This document shows positions 8,095 through 17,371 of a stretch of 64,000 nucleotides of DNA, in pieces (the stretch's first letter is position 1; each line of letters starts with the position of its first letter). The position numbers and the translations under genes are program-made. The notes beneath the pieces were generated by a model. It made no database searches. It saw nothing but the letters and a program-made list of their open reading frames with translations, and had not been told where the DNA came from. Location of the stretch: positions 16,683 to 80,682 of the forward strand of contig CANRPK010000002.1 of the NCBI GenBank assembly GCA_947632455.1, given 5' to 3'. The DNA comes from an uncultured Bacilli bacterium (GTDB taxonomy: Bacteria; Bacillota_I; Bacilli_A; RF39; UBA660).

Positions 8095-8673
8095 ATGCTA
8101 TCACAATTAAAAAAGTTTTTAAATAATCCTAATGGTTTAAAAATATTGGAATTAGTAGTAACTATTATAATTGCCTACTTTACTGCCAAAATTACTGCTA
8201 AAAATAGCCGTAAAAATCTAACAACCCAATATTTCAAAGAAAAAGGTATAGAAACCCAAGAAAAAATTTTAAAATTTTGGTCAAATTTATTTATGGATAA
8301 ATTTGATATCAAAGAATCTTATAATGATGCTTTTCATGAAAATATTGACGATGATGTACATATATTAAATCTAATTAATAAAGAAAGTTATATTTATTGC
8401 TCAGCCAAAACTATTAAAGCTATCAAAGACTATCAACAATATGTATATAAAATAAATGATAATAAACACAAAAAAACTAGCTTATCTCCTATGATCCAAA
8501 TAGCTTTAATAACCCGTATAATAAGTCGTATGAAATATGATTTTACTGGCGAAAAAGTTCATGAATTAGATTTATTACAAATAAAAATCAAAGATTTAAA
8601 ATTTTTCCATTTATTCATATATAAATTTATAATAATTTATGCTAATTTAAAAGATATAATATTAAATTTCTAA
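8095..8673 (+). CDS. hypothetical membrane-anchored protein (192 aa)
   Basis: ORF behind AGAGG. Has an N-terminal TM helix (ILELVVTIIIAYFTAKI). No known motif. Confidence 0.5.
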   Translation: MLSQLKKFLNNPNGLKILELVVTIIIAYFTAKITAKNSRKNLTTQYFKEKGIETQEKILKFWSNLFMDKFDIKESYNDAFHENIDDDVHILNLINKESYIYCSAKTIKAIKDYQQYVYKINDNKHKKTSLSPMIQIALITRIISRMKYDFTGEKVHELDLLQIKIKDLKFFHLFIYKFIIIYANLKDIILNF

Positions 8674-8674
8674 C

Positions 8675-8699
8675 TAAAAAAAGTCTTAAAAAAGACTTT
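8675..8699. terminator. bidirectional terminator (ORF 8095 on plus, tRNA-Gln on minus)
   Basis: AAGTCTT-aaaa-AAGACTT flanked by an A-run and a T-run. The minus-strand reading has TTTTTT after the stem. Confidence 0.55.
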
Positions 8700-8709
8700 A
8701 TAAATAAAT

Positions 8710-8785
8710 TGGCTGCCCTGGTTGGATTCGAACCAACGAAATAATAGGTTCAGAGCCTACCGCCTTACCGCTTGGCTACAGGGCA
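8710..8785 (-). tRNA. tRNA-Gln (anticodon CUG), CCA encoded
   Basis: Hand-folded cloverleaf. Acceptor is TGCCCTG/CAGGGCA. The anticodon loop CTCTGAA carries CTG. T-arm is GTTGG-TTCGAAT-CCAAC. Discriminator G followed by CCA. Confidence 0.9.
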
Positions 8786-8804
8786 ATAAAAAACCAAAAT
8801 AGGT

Positions 8805-9362
8805 TTATTTAATTCTTTCTAATCTAATTGGTTTATTTTTTTCAATAGCGTCCAAATAATTCATTAAACAAGTATCGGAAATATGTTCATATCCGTGTTC
8901 TTTTAATTTTGCTTCTTTTGCTTCTGAAGTTAATCCTAAATTACCCATAGGAACAATCTTTAAAGTTCCTGTTGCAGTATTAATCATTAGAACAAATAAA
9001 TAAATTATACACATTGAATCTACTACCCGTTCTTCATATATCTTTTGTAAAATTTTATTTTTCCTTTTAAATTTATGTACTTTTAAATCTACTAAAGGAT
9101 TTTTACAAACTAACCCTGTAAAACTATCATTTTCTACATCTGTTATACTAAAAGCATCAGCTTCTCTTAAAAGTTGAATATCTAAAGCTAAATTCTCAGG
9201 ATATCCACTAAATAAAATATCAAAAGTCCGATAACTAACTAATTTTCCTTTAGAATTAACTTCAGTTTTAACCTCACTATTATAAATATCTAATCTTACT
9301 CCTAATTTATCTAAAACAATATCATAACAGTAAGAAAACCCCTTATCTAATTTAAAATCCAT
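8805..9362 (-). CDS. hypothetical protein (185 aa)
   Basis: Preferred start is ATG 9360-9362 (MDFKL) behind GGAGAGGTGAGGG; the track start is a GTG 9 nt upstream. No motif recognised. Confidence 0.5.
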   Translation of the reverse strand: MDFKLDKGFSYCYDIVLDKLGVRLDIYNSEVKTEVNSKGKLVSYRTFDILFSGYPENLALDIQLLREADAFSITDVENDSFTGLVCKNPLVDLKVHKFKRKNKILQKIYEERVVDSMCIIYLFVLMINTATGTLKIVPMGNLGLTSEAKEAKLKEHGYEHISDTCLMNYLDAIEKNKPIRLERIK

Positions 9363-9378
9363 AACCCTCACCTCTCCA

Positions 9379-9996
9379 TTATTTTTTCCTTGTAATTTTA
9401 ACTAAATTTTTATTATCAAACACTAATTCAATTACTCTTATTCCATCCCAAGTACCATCAACTATTGCTTCATCATTATAATTTAGTATTAATCTGTTAT
9501 CTAAATTAAAACCTTCTGTGCAATACTCTGTAAGGAAACTTGTTATTGCCACATTATGAGTAAACATTGCAATACATTTATCTTTATCATTTTCTAAAAC
9601 TTTAAAAATAAATCTCATCATTCTTCTTTTTACTTCATTTAATGATTCTCCCCCATTTAATTTATAATTAAAGTCATTTTCTTGCATTTCATTTACTACT
9701 CTAATTTTTTTATCACCTAAATTGCCAATAATTCTTTCTCCTAATTCATCACGAATATTTAAAGGTAACTCTAAATCATTTGCTAAATATTTAGCCGTTC
9801 CAATACTCATTACATAATTTGAAGCATAAATAACATTTACTTTTTGTAAATCAGGATCTTTAGCTAATTTCCTACTTTCTTCTTCTCCTTCAATACTTAA
9901 AATTCTTTTTTCCCGTCTATTAACTAATGATTCATTATCTGAAAAATTAAGATTATTCATTGTAAGTCCATTATTAATTAAATAGATTGTTGTCAA
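9379..9996 (-). CDS. histidine-phosphatase (PGAM-like) superfamily protein with a degenerate catalytic motif
   Basis: Overall pattern matches cofactor-dependent PGAM/phosphatases (IYLI-x-x-G-x-T, IYAS..., GGES, FTHNVAI). However, the N-terminal RHG is NNG, and the Arg after the IYAS block is missing. Confidence 0.5.
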   Translation of the reverse strand: MTTIYLINNGLTMNNLNFSDNESLVNRREKRILSIEGEEESRKLAKDPDLQKVNVIYASNYVMSIGTAKYLANDLELPLNIRDELGERIIGNLGDKKIRVVNEMQENDFNYKLNGGESLNEVKRRMMRFIFKVLENDKDKCIAMFTHNVAITSFLTEYCTEGFNLDNRLILNYNDEAIVDGTWDGIRVIELVFDNKNLVKITRKK

Positions 9997-10511
9997 TTTA
10001 TAATCACTCCTAACACACCATAACTAAAAATTAACATTATTATTCCAGCCATTATAACCCCCGCAACTGCCGCTAAAGCTGACTTCTTTTTATCCATTCC
10101 AAGCATTGCCGCAATTAAACAACCCGTCCAAGCTCCAGTCCCTGGTAAAGGTATTCCAACAAATAAAACTAAACCTAAATATTTTAATCTTTCAATTTGC
10201 TTCTTTTTACTATTAGCTTTATTTTCTAACTTAATAATCCATTTTCCTAATCTTTTACAATTACTTTTTATATAATCAAATATTTTCGTAATAAACCCTA
10301 AAATAAAAGGTATAGGAATAATATTACCTAAAAAGCAAACTATAAAACTTGGTATCATTGGTGCTTTCATTAAAGCTGCCGCAATTAAGCCCCCTCTAAG
10401 TTCTAAGATTGGTAATAAAGAAATAATAAACATTACTATATATTTATCATACCATAAACTAGTAAAGCTTCCAAATATTCCTACTACAAATTTTGTAATT
10501 TTCTGAGCCAT
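9993..10511 (-). CDS. small multidrug-export-like membrane protein (Sm_multidrug_ex / COG2426 type)
   Basis: Four TM segments with the ILELRGG and PLPGTGAWTG signatures. Confidence 0.65.
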   Translation of the reverse strand: MAQKITKFVVGIFGSFTSLWYDKYIVMFIISLLPILELRGGLIAAALMKAPMIPSFIVCFLGNIIPIPFILGFITKIFDYIKSNCKRLGKWIIKLENKANSKKKQIERLKYLGLVLFVGIPLPGTGAWTGCLIAAMLGMDKKKSALAAVAGVIMAGIIMLIFSYGVLGVIIN

Positions 10512-10576
10512 ATTCTTCCCTCTATTTAATTATATATTAAAATTGAATTACTCGCAAGAAATAACAAGAAAAATTA

Positions 10577-11248
10577 TTATTTTCCTAACCTCAAAGTAAC
10601 ATCTAAATCATAGACTTCTCCAAAAAGTCTAAAATTTTCTACACTTAATAATTGACTCATTTTATCATTCAAATTTTTAGTTAATAAATATTTTTCTATT
10701 AATTCATCATTATAGCCATGTTCTCTTAATTTATTCTTAAACATTTCTATTTGTACTGTATATTCATTTATAAATAAATATACTTCTCCTTGTTTACTTA
10801 AAGTTACAGCCTCATAATCATTATAAATAGATCCTGTTGGAATCCATCTAATATTTACTAAACCTAAAGCTAATAGTTCCATAAATATATCCATCTCTTT
10901 TTTAGTAAAACTACTACTAATATTTTCTTTTCTAATATTATCTAAAAACTGTATTTTTCTAAGAACAAAAGCTTTTAAATCTAAACTATCTAAAAAAGCT
11001 TTAGCATTAGATTGTATACTATTTAAAACATCTTTAATAGTATAATTATTATCTAAAACTGTATTAAAGTCATAACCTTCTTTAAACTTATATTTATTAT
11101 TTTTTAATTCAAAATATTTATTAATTATTTTAAAGTCAGCATTTATAATTCTTTTATCCATTAAATTACTTAAAATAATAATATCATTTGAATCAATTTC
11201 TCCATCAAATTTTAATAACGCTCCAGCAACTAATTGTTCTAAAAACAT
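10577..11248 (-). CDS. hypothetical protein (223 aa)
   Basis: ORF with an AGAAGG RBS. No recognisable domain. Confidence 0.5.
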   Translation of the reverse strand: MFLEQLVAGALLKFDGEIDSNDIIILSNLMDKRIINADFKIINKYFELKNNKYKFKEGYDFNTVLDNNYTIKDVLNSIQSNAKAFLDSLDLKAFVLRKIQFLDNIRKENISSSFTKKEMDIFMELLALGLVNIRWIPTGSIYNDYEAVTLSKQGEVYLFINEYTVQIEMFKNKLREHGYNDELIEKYLLTKNLNDKMSQLLSVENFRLFGEVYDLDVTLRLGK

Positions 11249-11366
11249 TTTCTACCTTCTTTCTCAAGTATTTTTTATTATAAAACAATGCTAAAACTTT
11301 TACAATAACAATTTACAAATGTCTCATAATAAATTATAATCTCATATTAGAAAGACGTGATTATAT

Positions 11367-11876
11367 ATGTTAAATGTTGTATTATTTGAACCTGAAATTC
11401 CTGGTAATACAGGTAATATTATGCGCACATGTGTTGCAACTAACACTACTCTTCATCTTATTAAGCCCTTAGGTTTTTCCCTAGAAGAAAAATATATAAA
11501 AAGAAGCGGTGTTAATTATATTGATAAATGTAAATACTACGTTTATGAAAACATTGATGAATTTTTTGCTAAAAATAAAGGAGAATACTTTTTCTTTACA
11601 AGATATGGTCATCAACCTCATTCTACCCCAAATTATAATCTTATAAATGATAATATTTATCTTATCTTTGGTAAAGAATCTACTGGTATTCCTCGCACTA
11701 TTTTAAAACCTTATATCGATCGCTGCTATCGTATTCCTATGACTGCTAATGTTAGAGCTCTAAATTTATCTAATTCCGTCGCTATTGCTGTTTATGAAGT
11801 TCTTCGTCAAAGAAATTATGAAGGTCTACTTTTTGATGAACCCCATAAAAGTAAAACATTCATTGAAGAAGCATAA
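11367..11876 (+). CDS. trmL: tRNA (cytidine/uridine-34 2'-O)-methyltransferase, SpoU/TrmL family
   Basis: LFEPEIPGNTGNIMRTC, LIFGKESTGIP and LNLSNSVAIAVYE are the three SPOUT motifs of TrmL/YibK. Confidence 0.85.
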   Translation: MLNVVLFEPEIPGNTGNIMRTCVATNTTLHLIKPLGFSLEEKYIKRSGVNYIDKCKYYVYENIDEFFAKNKGEYFFFTRYGHQPHSTPNYNLINDNIYLIFGKESTGIPRTILKPYIDRCYRIPMTANVRALNLSNSVAIAVYEVLRQRNYEGLLFDEPHKSKTFIEEA

Positions 11877-11886
11877 AAAAACTGAT

Positions 11887-12633
11887 TTAGCAACCAGTTT
11901 CATTATCACAAGAATTATCTTCTATTTCTTTAAATAGATCTTTAAAAATTTCTTTTAATTCTTTCTTTTCATCATCATTTAGTCCTAACCATGGATCTGT
12001 TTGACTTTCAACAGTTCCTTCATGGAACCCAACGATTTCTCCATCTTTTACTACCACTACAGTTGGCGCATATAATCTCTTTTCTTTAGTATCATAATCT
12101 TTTTTACCACTTGTTATTTTATATTCAGTTAGATATTCATCTAATTTTTCTAAAATACCATAATAAGCTTCTGTACCTTCTTTAGTATTAACAACTTTTT
12201 TCTTCTTTACTTCAAAAGTTGAACGAATATCTTTAACATCAACATAATATAAATTTTCAAGCTTTGCTTCATCAAAAGTTTCTACTAAAGTCTCAACTAA
12301 ACTACGGCACCAAGGACATGAATTAAAACCAAAATAAATAACTCCTGTACCATTTTCTAATACATCTAATATTTCTTCATCAGTTTTAATTTGTACTGGA
12401 TTATTTTCTTTTAAAGATACTTTTAAATATTCTTTATCACTATCATTAGTTGTGCCATTTAAACTTTCATATTGTTTTTTAAACTCCTTAGAAGATTCTG
12501 TAGCAACTCTTTCTTTTTCTTCAGTTTTATCTTTATCATCATTTCTATCTTGATAATCTAAATAAAACTTTGTACCTATAGCTAAAACTAATACAACCCC
12601 TACAATTAATCCTATTATTCTTTTCTTATCCAT
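11887..12633 (-). CDS. membrane-anchored thioredoxin-fold protein (CxxC)
   Basis: N-terminal TM helix followed by FGFNSCPWCRS (a thioredoxin-like CPWC active site). Confidence 0.6.
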   Translation of the reverse strand: MDKKRIIGLIVGVVLVLAIGTKFYLDYQDRNDDKDKTEEKERVATESSKEFKKQYESLNGTTNDSDKEYLKVSLKENNPVQIKTDEEILDVLENGTGVIYFGFNSCPWCRSLVETLVETFDEAKLENLYYVDVKDIRSTFEVKKKKVVNTKEGTEAYYGILEKLDEYLTEYKITSGKKDYDTKEKRLYAPTVVVVKDGEIVGFHEGTVESQTDPWLGLNDDEKKELKEIFKDLFKEIEDNSCDNETGC

Positions 12634-12682
12634 AAAAACACCACCTAAATAAATTTTATCTCATTTAGGTTAAAATATCAAG

Positions 12683-12823
12683 TTAAAAACGAATATAAAC
12701 AATCATTGCCCCTAAAAATAATAAAGCAATTAATTGAGCAATTATAATCCATTTATTTCGTGCATTAATTTTTTTATACTTCAATATTTCAGCATTTAAA
12801 TCTTTTATTTCTTTATTATCCAT
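12683..12823 (-). CDS. small membrane protein (46 aa) MDNKEIKDLNAEILKYKKINARNKWIIIAQLIALLFLGAMIVYIRF
   Basis: Below the track cutoff. ATG lies 5 nt after GAGGTGA. Has one C-terminal TM helix. It fills an otherwise empty gap. Confidence 0.45.
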   Translation of the reverse strand: MDNKEIKDLNAEILKYKKINARNKWIIIAQLIALLFLGAMIVYIRF

Positions 12824-13001
12824 AAAATCACCTCATATTATATTAATATTATAAAATATAATTATTAAATTATGTAAAAATAATCATAATAAAAAGTAAA
12901 CCAAATGTAAATTATAACTTATTATAGACAAAATAAGCAATTTATAGTATAATTAAGTATAGTTATGAACTTTACTTTATACTTTTGAAAGGAAGATTTA
13001 A

Positions 13002-14678
13002 ATGAAAAATGATAATATAAGTACGTCCATAGTCGCTTTAGGTGGCTTAGGCGAAGTTGGCAAAAATATGTATGTCATAACTCATAATGATGAAATAATT
13101 ATAATTGATGCTGGAGTTATGTTCCCTGAAGATGATCTTTTAGGTATAGATTATGTTATTCAAGATGTTAGTTATTTAAAACAAAATGAAAGCCATATCA
13201 AAGGCTTATTTATAACTCATGGTCATGAAGATCATATTGGTGGTATTTCTTTTCTTTTAAATACTGTTAATATTCCTAAAATATATGCATCTAAAATAGC
13301 TTCTGATCTAATTGTCAAAAAATTAATTGATCGTAATATTAACTATGATAATATAGAAGTAGTAAACGAAGATAGTGTAATCAAAACTAAATATTTTACT
13401 ATTGAATTTATTGATACTACTCACTCAATACCGGGTTCTTTTGCTATTGCTGTTCATACTCCTAATGGTACCATTTTTGAAACTGGAGATTTTAAATTTG
13501 ATTTAACTCCAATCGGTCCTATGGCTAATATTCATAAAATGGCTGAGATTGGTAAAAAAGGTGTAACTCTTTTATTAAGTGATTCTACTAATGCTTTATC
13601 TGAAGGTTTTTCTAAAAGTGAATCTAGTGTGGATGAAGCCTTAAATGATATTATATCTAAACATTATGGCCGTGTAATCATAGCTACCTTTGCTTCCAAT
13701 ATTTATCGTATTAAACATATTGTCGAAACTTGTCGTAAAAATAATCGTAAAATTATCATTGTTGGTCGTTCCATGGAAACTAGTGCTGAATTAGCCGCCA
13801 ATAATGGTTTAATTGAAGATAAAACAATTTTTATTGATAATAATCAAGCCAAAAGCTTAAAGAAAAAAGAAATATGTATTTTATGTACTGGTACTCAAGG
13901 TGAACCACTAGCTGCATTATCAAGAATAGCTAATGGTATGCATAAACAAATAACTTTAATGCCTGATGATTTAGTTGTTTTCTCTTCTTCACCAATCCCA
14001 GGAAATGCTGCTAGTATTAATCATGTAATTAATAAATTATATTTAAAAGGAGTTAAAGTATACACCAATAAAACATTCAATGATGTTCATACTTCCGGAC
14101 ATGCTAAAGAAGAAGAATTAAAATGGATGTTAAGAATTATTAAACCAACTTATTTTATGCCTATGCATGGTGAATATCGCATGCTTAAAAAACATGGCGA
14201 AATTGCTGAAGCTTGTGGCATCCCAAAAGAAAATGTTTTTATCTGTGAAAATGGTGAAATGTTAAATCTTAATCATGGTGTTGTAACTCGTGGAGAAACT
14301 GTTAAAAATGGTGATGTATATGTTGATGGTTCCAGAATTGGTGATATAGGTTCTCAAGTTATTAAAGATCGTAAATTAATGTCTAGCGATGGTATATTAG
14401 TTACTATTCTAAATATCAATACTTTAACTAGAGAGTTATTAATTAAACCCAATGTTACTACTAGAGGATTTATTATGGTTAATGAAAATCCTGAATTAAT
14501 AAGTAAAATTGAACACAAAATAACGGAAATTGTTAATAAATTCTTAAAATCAACCCCATATAACTATACTGATTTAAAAAATCAAATTATCTTAGAATTA
14601 TATCCCTATATTAATGAATTAACCGGTAGACGACCTATTATTCTACCAGTAATTATGGAAGTAAATAGAGCAAACTAG
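13002..14678 (+). CDS. rnj: ribonuclease J
   Basis: Beta-CASP metallo-beta-lactamase: ALGGLGEVGKNMY, HGHEDHIGG, and a C-terminal domain of typical length (558 aa). Confidence 0.92.
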   Translation: MKNDNISTSIVALGGLGEVGKNMYVITHNDEIIIIDAGVMFPEDDLLGIDYVIQDVSYLKQNESHIKGLFITHGHEDHIGGISFLLNTVNIPKIYASKIASDLIVKKLIDRNINYDNIEVVNEDSVIKTKYFTIEFIDTTHSIPGSFAIAVHTPNGTIFETGDFKFDLTPIGPMANIHKMAEIGKKGVTLLLSDSTNALSEGFSKSESSVDEALNDIISKHYGRVIIATFASNIYRIKHIVETCRKNNRKIIIVGRSMETSAELAANNGLIEDKTIFIDNNQAKSLKKKEICILCTGTQGEPLAALSRIANGMHKQITLMPDDLVVFSSSPIPGNAASINHVINKLYLKGVKVYTNKTFNDVHTSGHAKEEELKWMLRIIKPTYFMPMHGEYRMLKKHGEIAEACGIPKENVFICENGEMLNLNHGVVTRGETVKNGDVYVDGSRIGDIGSQVIKDRKLMSSDGILVTILNINTLTRELLIKPNVTTRGFIMVNENPELISKIEHKITEIVNKFLKSTPYNYTDLKNQIILELYPYINELTGRRPIILPVIMEVNRAN

Positions 14679-14680
14679 CT

Positions 14681-15547
14681 CTATTTTTCTTTTATTATGG
14701 GATGTCTTAATTTTCCATCTTTAGTTTTTTCTAAAAAAGCTACAGTAACTTTCATTTTAGGTTCAATATATATTGCTTCTTCTTTAAAGTTTTCAAAACA
14801 ATTTTTTCCTTGTTTAAACTTTTTTATCTTCTTCATAATATCAGTTTTAGCCCCTACACTTACCTTACCTACATAATATAAACCATTTTTTCTTTTTTCT
14901 CCTAAAAGTAAACTATATTTTTCTTTTTTAAAAATATACCCATGAATATAAAATTCTCCATCTTTAATATTTTTTATCTTAATCCAGCTATCTACCCTCT
15001 TATTTGGTATATATAAACTACTCTTTTCTTTTGCAACTATTCCCTCTAAATTTAATTTTTTTATTGCCCTAAATAATTTTTTACCATCATCATACATAAT
15101 CGTTTTAATAAATATATCTCTATCCGGATATTTGTTTAAAATCTTTTTTCTTTCTATTAATTTTAAATTAGTTATATCTTTATTTTCATATATAATATCA
15201 AAAACCATAAAATAAATAGGAATTTTCTCTTGTATCTCTTTAGTTAAAATTTTTAAATGACTTCGAGTTTGTAATAATTGAAAATTTGGTTTCCCCTTAT
15301 CTAAAGCTATAATTTCTCCATCAAAAATAATCTTATTATTGCCAACTATTTCTTTTATTTTTTCTAATTCTGGATATAAATTAGTTATGTCTTTCCCATT
15401 TCTACTAATTATTTTAAAATAATTTTTACTAACATAAATGAATGCTCGATAACCATCAAATTTTACTTCATAAATAAAATTTTTATCATTAACCACTTTG
15501 CTTTTTTCAACTAAAAGCATTGGTCTTAAATTAAAATCATTAAACAT
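14681..15547 (-). CDS. ligD: ATP-dependent DNA ligase, ligase-domain-only LigD-like NHEJ ligase
   Basis: Adenylation motif I EVKFDGYR. At 288 aa there is no polymerase/primase or phosphoesterase domain. The start overlaps the end of ku. Confidence 0.8.
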   Translation of the reverse strand: MFNDFNLRPMLLVEKSKVVNDKNFIYEVKFDGYRAFIYVSKNYFKIISRNGKDITNLYPELEKIKEIVGNNKIIFDGEIIALDKGKPNFQLLQTRSHLKILTKEIQEKIPIYFMVFDIIYENKDITNLKLIERKKILNKYPDRDIFIKTIMYDDGKKLFRAIKKLNLEGIVAKEKSSLYIPNKRVDSWIKIKNIKDGEFYIHGYIFKKEKYSLLLGEKRKNGLYYVGKVSVGAKTDIMKKIKKFKQGKNCFENFKEEAIYIEPKMKVTVAFLEKTKDGKLRHPIIKEK

Positions 15548-16289
15548 TTTTTAAGCTTAACTCCAAAGCTGTCATTAAATCTTTAATATTTTTGCCTTGT
15601 TTAGCTTTTACTTTCTTAGGCTTTTTACCGTCTAATTTATTACTTATCATTTCTTTAATTTTATCCTGAGCTTCATCTTTTAATTCTTCTGGTTTAAATT
15701 TCATTTTTAAAGAATTAATTAAATCTATTGCTAAGGTCAATTCTTTTTTAGTAAACTTTGCTTCACTCACTTCTTCTGGTATTATAATTTCTTCTAGAAA
15801 ATATAATGTATTCATAATTAAACCATCCTCACTAAGTCTTAAAACTACATAATAAAACTTAGTCCCAATAATTGTTTTCGCTACCGCGACCTTTTTAGTT
15901 GCCTCTAACGCAGCCTTAAATAAACTAAAAGCTTTACTTTTTGTACTTACACTAACAAAATAACTTTTCTCTAAAAATATAGGTTCTATTTCCTTCATAT
16001 CTACAAAACCAACAATTTCAATTACTTTTTCTTCATCGCTTTTAAGCATTTCAAATTCTTCATTACTAATTGTTACATAATCATCTTTTTTATATTGATA
16101 ACCTCTAATAATATCTGCCTGTTTAACTTCTTTCTTACAATGCGGACAATATTTTATATATTTAATTCTAGTTAAACATTTTTTATGTAATTGATTAAAA
16201 GCCACATCATTATTTTTTATTATTGGTCTAATTTCTACAGGAATACTTACTAATCCAAAAGATATAGTCGTTTTTTTCAATCTAACCAC
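15540..16289 (-). CDS. ku: Ku DNA end-binding protein
   Basis: ISFGLVSIPVEI...FNQLHKKC...IRGYQY matches the bacterial Ku core. Has a Lys-rich C-terminal tail. Confidence 0.88.
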   Translation of the reverse strand: MVRLKKTTISFGLVSIPVEIRPIIKNNDVAFNQLHKKCLTRIKYIKYCPHCKKEVKQADIIRGYQYKKDDYVTISNEEFEMLKSDEEKVIEIVGFVDMKEIEPIFLEKSYFVSVSTKSKAFSLFKAALEATKKVAVAKTIIGTKFYYVVLRLSEDGLIMNTLYFLEEIIIPEEVSEAKFTKKELTLAIDLINSLKMKFKPEELKDEAQDKIKEMISNKLDGKKPKKVKAKQGKNIKDLMTALELSLKNV

Positions 16290-16338
16290 CTATTATTAAA
16301 GTATCAAAAAAACTTATTTTTATACTAATAAAGCTAGA

Positions 16339-17307
16339 TTATTTTAATAACCTAGCTATACTTTCATTATTCATACTATCAAAAATTTTATTAGCAACAT
16401 CTAATACTCTTAAAGGATCCATAGCTATTGCCGACTCTCCACTAAACATAATTGATTTAGCTCCTCTAGAAAAAACATCATATAAATCATTTACTTCGGC
16501 TCTAGTTGGATATATATTCTTTTTCATCGATTTTAGAAAACCTGTACCAACCACTAATTTCTTATCAGTTTTTAAAACACGATCAATTATTATTTTAGAT
16601 ATTTCTCCTAATTCAAAAGGCATTACCACTCCTAAATCTCCTCTTGCAATCATAATTCCATCACTAACATCTAAAATTTCTTCAAAATTTTCTAAAGCTG
16701 AAATAGTCTCTACTTTACTCATTATTTTAGTTTTAGCCTTAAATTCATCTCGTAAATCTTTTATTTTAATAACATCCGCGGCATTTCTTACAAAAGATAA
16801 TGCAATCCAATCAACCTTTAAAGTAAAGGCCTTTTTTATATCTTCAAAATCTTTATTGTTTAAAAAATCCAAACTTTCATTTATTCTTTTACAATATACT
16901 CCTGCATCATTTTTTAATAATCCATCGTTTAAAACTTTAAATTTCCTATTATTTTGAACTTCTAAAATAATTTGTGCATCATCAATTTTTATAATGTCAT
17001 TTCTTTGTAAACCACTAACATCACAACTAAACTTCAAATCTTTATTTAAAGTTAATATTTCCCCCGCTTTTACTTCTTTATTATTAGAAACCAATACTCT
17101 AACTTCTGGACCTTTTGTATCCATCATCGTTAAAATATTATAACCTTTAGCTTTTAATCTATTTATTCTTTCAATCATTTTTTCTAAATCATAATCTATA
17201 TGTGACATATTAAATCTAATAATTCTCATACCTCGATCATAAAGTAAAGTTAATATTTCATCATCATCAATTTTAGGACCCATTGTACATATATATTCTT
17301 GTTTCAT
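16339..17307 (-). CDS. pyruvate kinase-like protein, barrel domain only (no C-terminal domain)
   Basis: ICTMGPK, RFNMSH, MDTKGPEVRV, MIARGDLGV and YPTRAEVNDL match PK A/B domains. The ORF stops at 322 aa, where canonical PKs continue for ~120 aa or more. Confidence 0.65.
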   Translation of the reverse strand: MKQEYICTMGPKIDDDEILTLLYDRGMRIIRFNMSHIDYDLEKMIERINRLKAKGYNILTMMDTKGPEVRVLVSNNKEVKAGEILTLNKDLKFSCDVSGLQRNDIIKIDDAQIILEVQNNRKFKVLNDGLLKNDAGVYCKRINESLDFLNNKDFEDIKKAFTLKVDWIALSFVRNAADVIKIKDLRDEFKAKTKIMSKVETISALENFEEILDVSDGIMIARGDLGVVMPFELGEISKIIIDRVLKTDKKLVVGTGFLKSMKKNIYPTRAEVNDLYDVFSRGAKSIMFSGESAIAMDPLRVLDVANKIFDSMNNESIARLLK

Positions 17308-17371
17308 TTAATCATCCTTTTTTGCCTTTAAAAGTATACCATAAATATCTAAAAAGTCAAATAAAAAGAAG

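Noticed and set aside
2829-8709. A prophage or ICE integrated at ssrA
   Set aside because: There is no integrase, no phage structural or replication genes, and no detectable duplicate of the ssrA 3' end. Only the weaker 'decayed islet' hypothesis is kept.
8805-11248. Shared C-terminal KL(K/R)EHGY motif in the two orphan proteins 8805-9362 and 10577-11248, suggesting paralogy
   Set aside because: Similarity is limited to about 7 residues and the flanks cannot be aligned by eye. It is too weak to call without a profile comparison.
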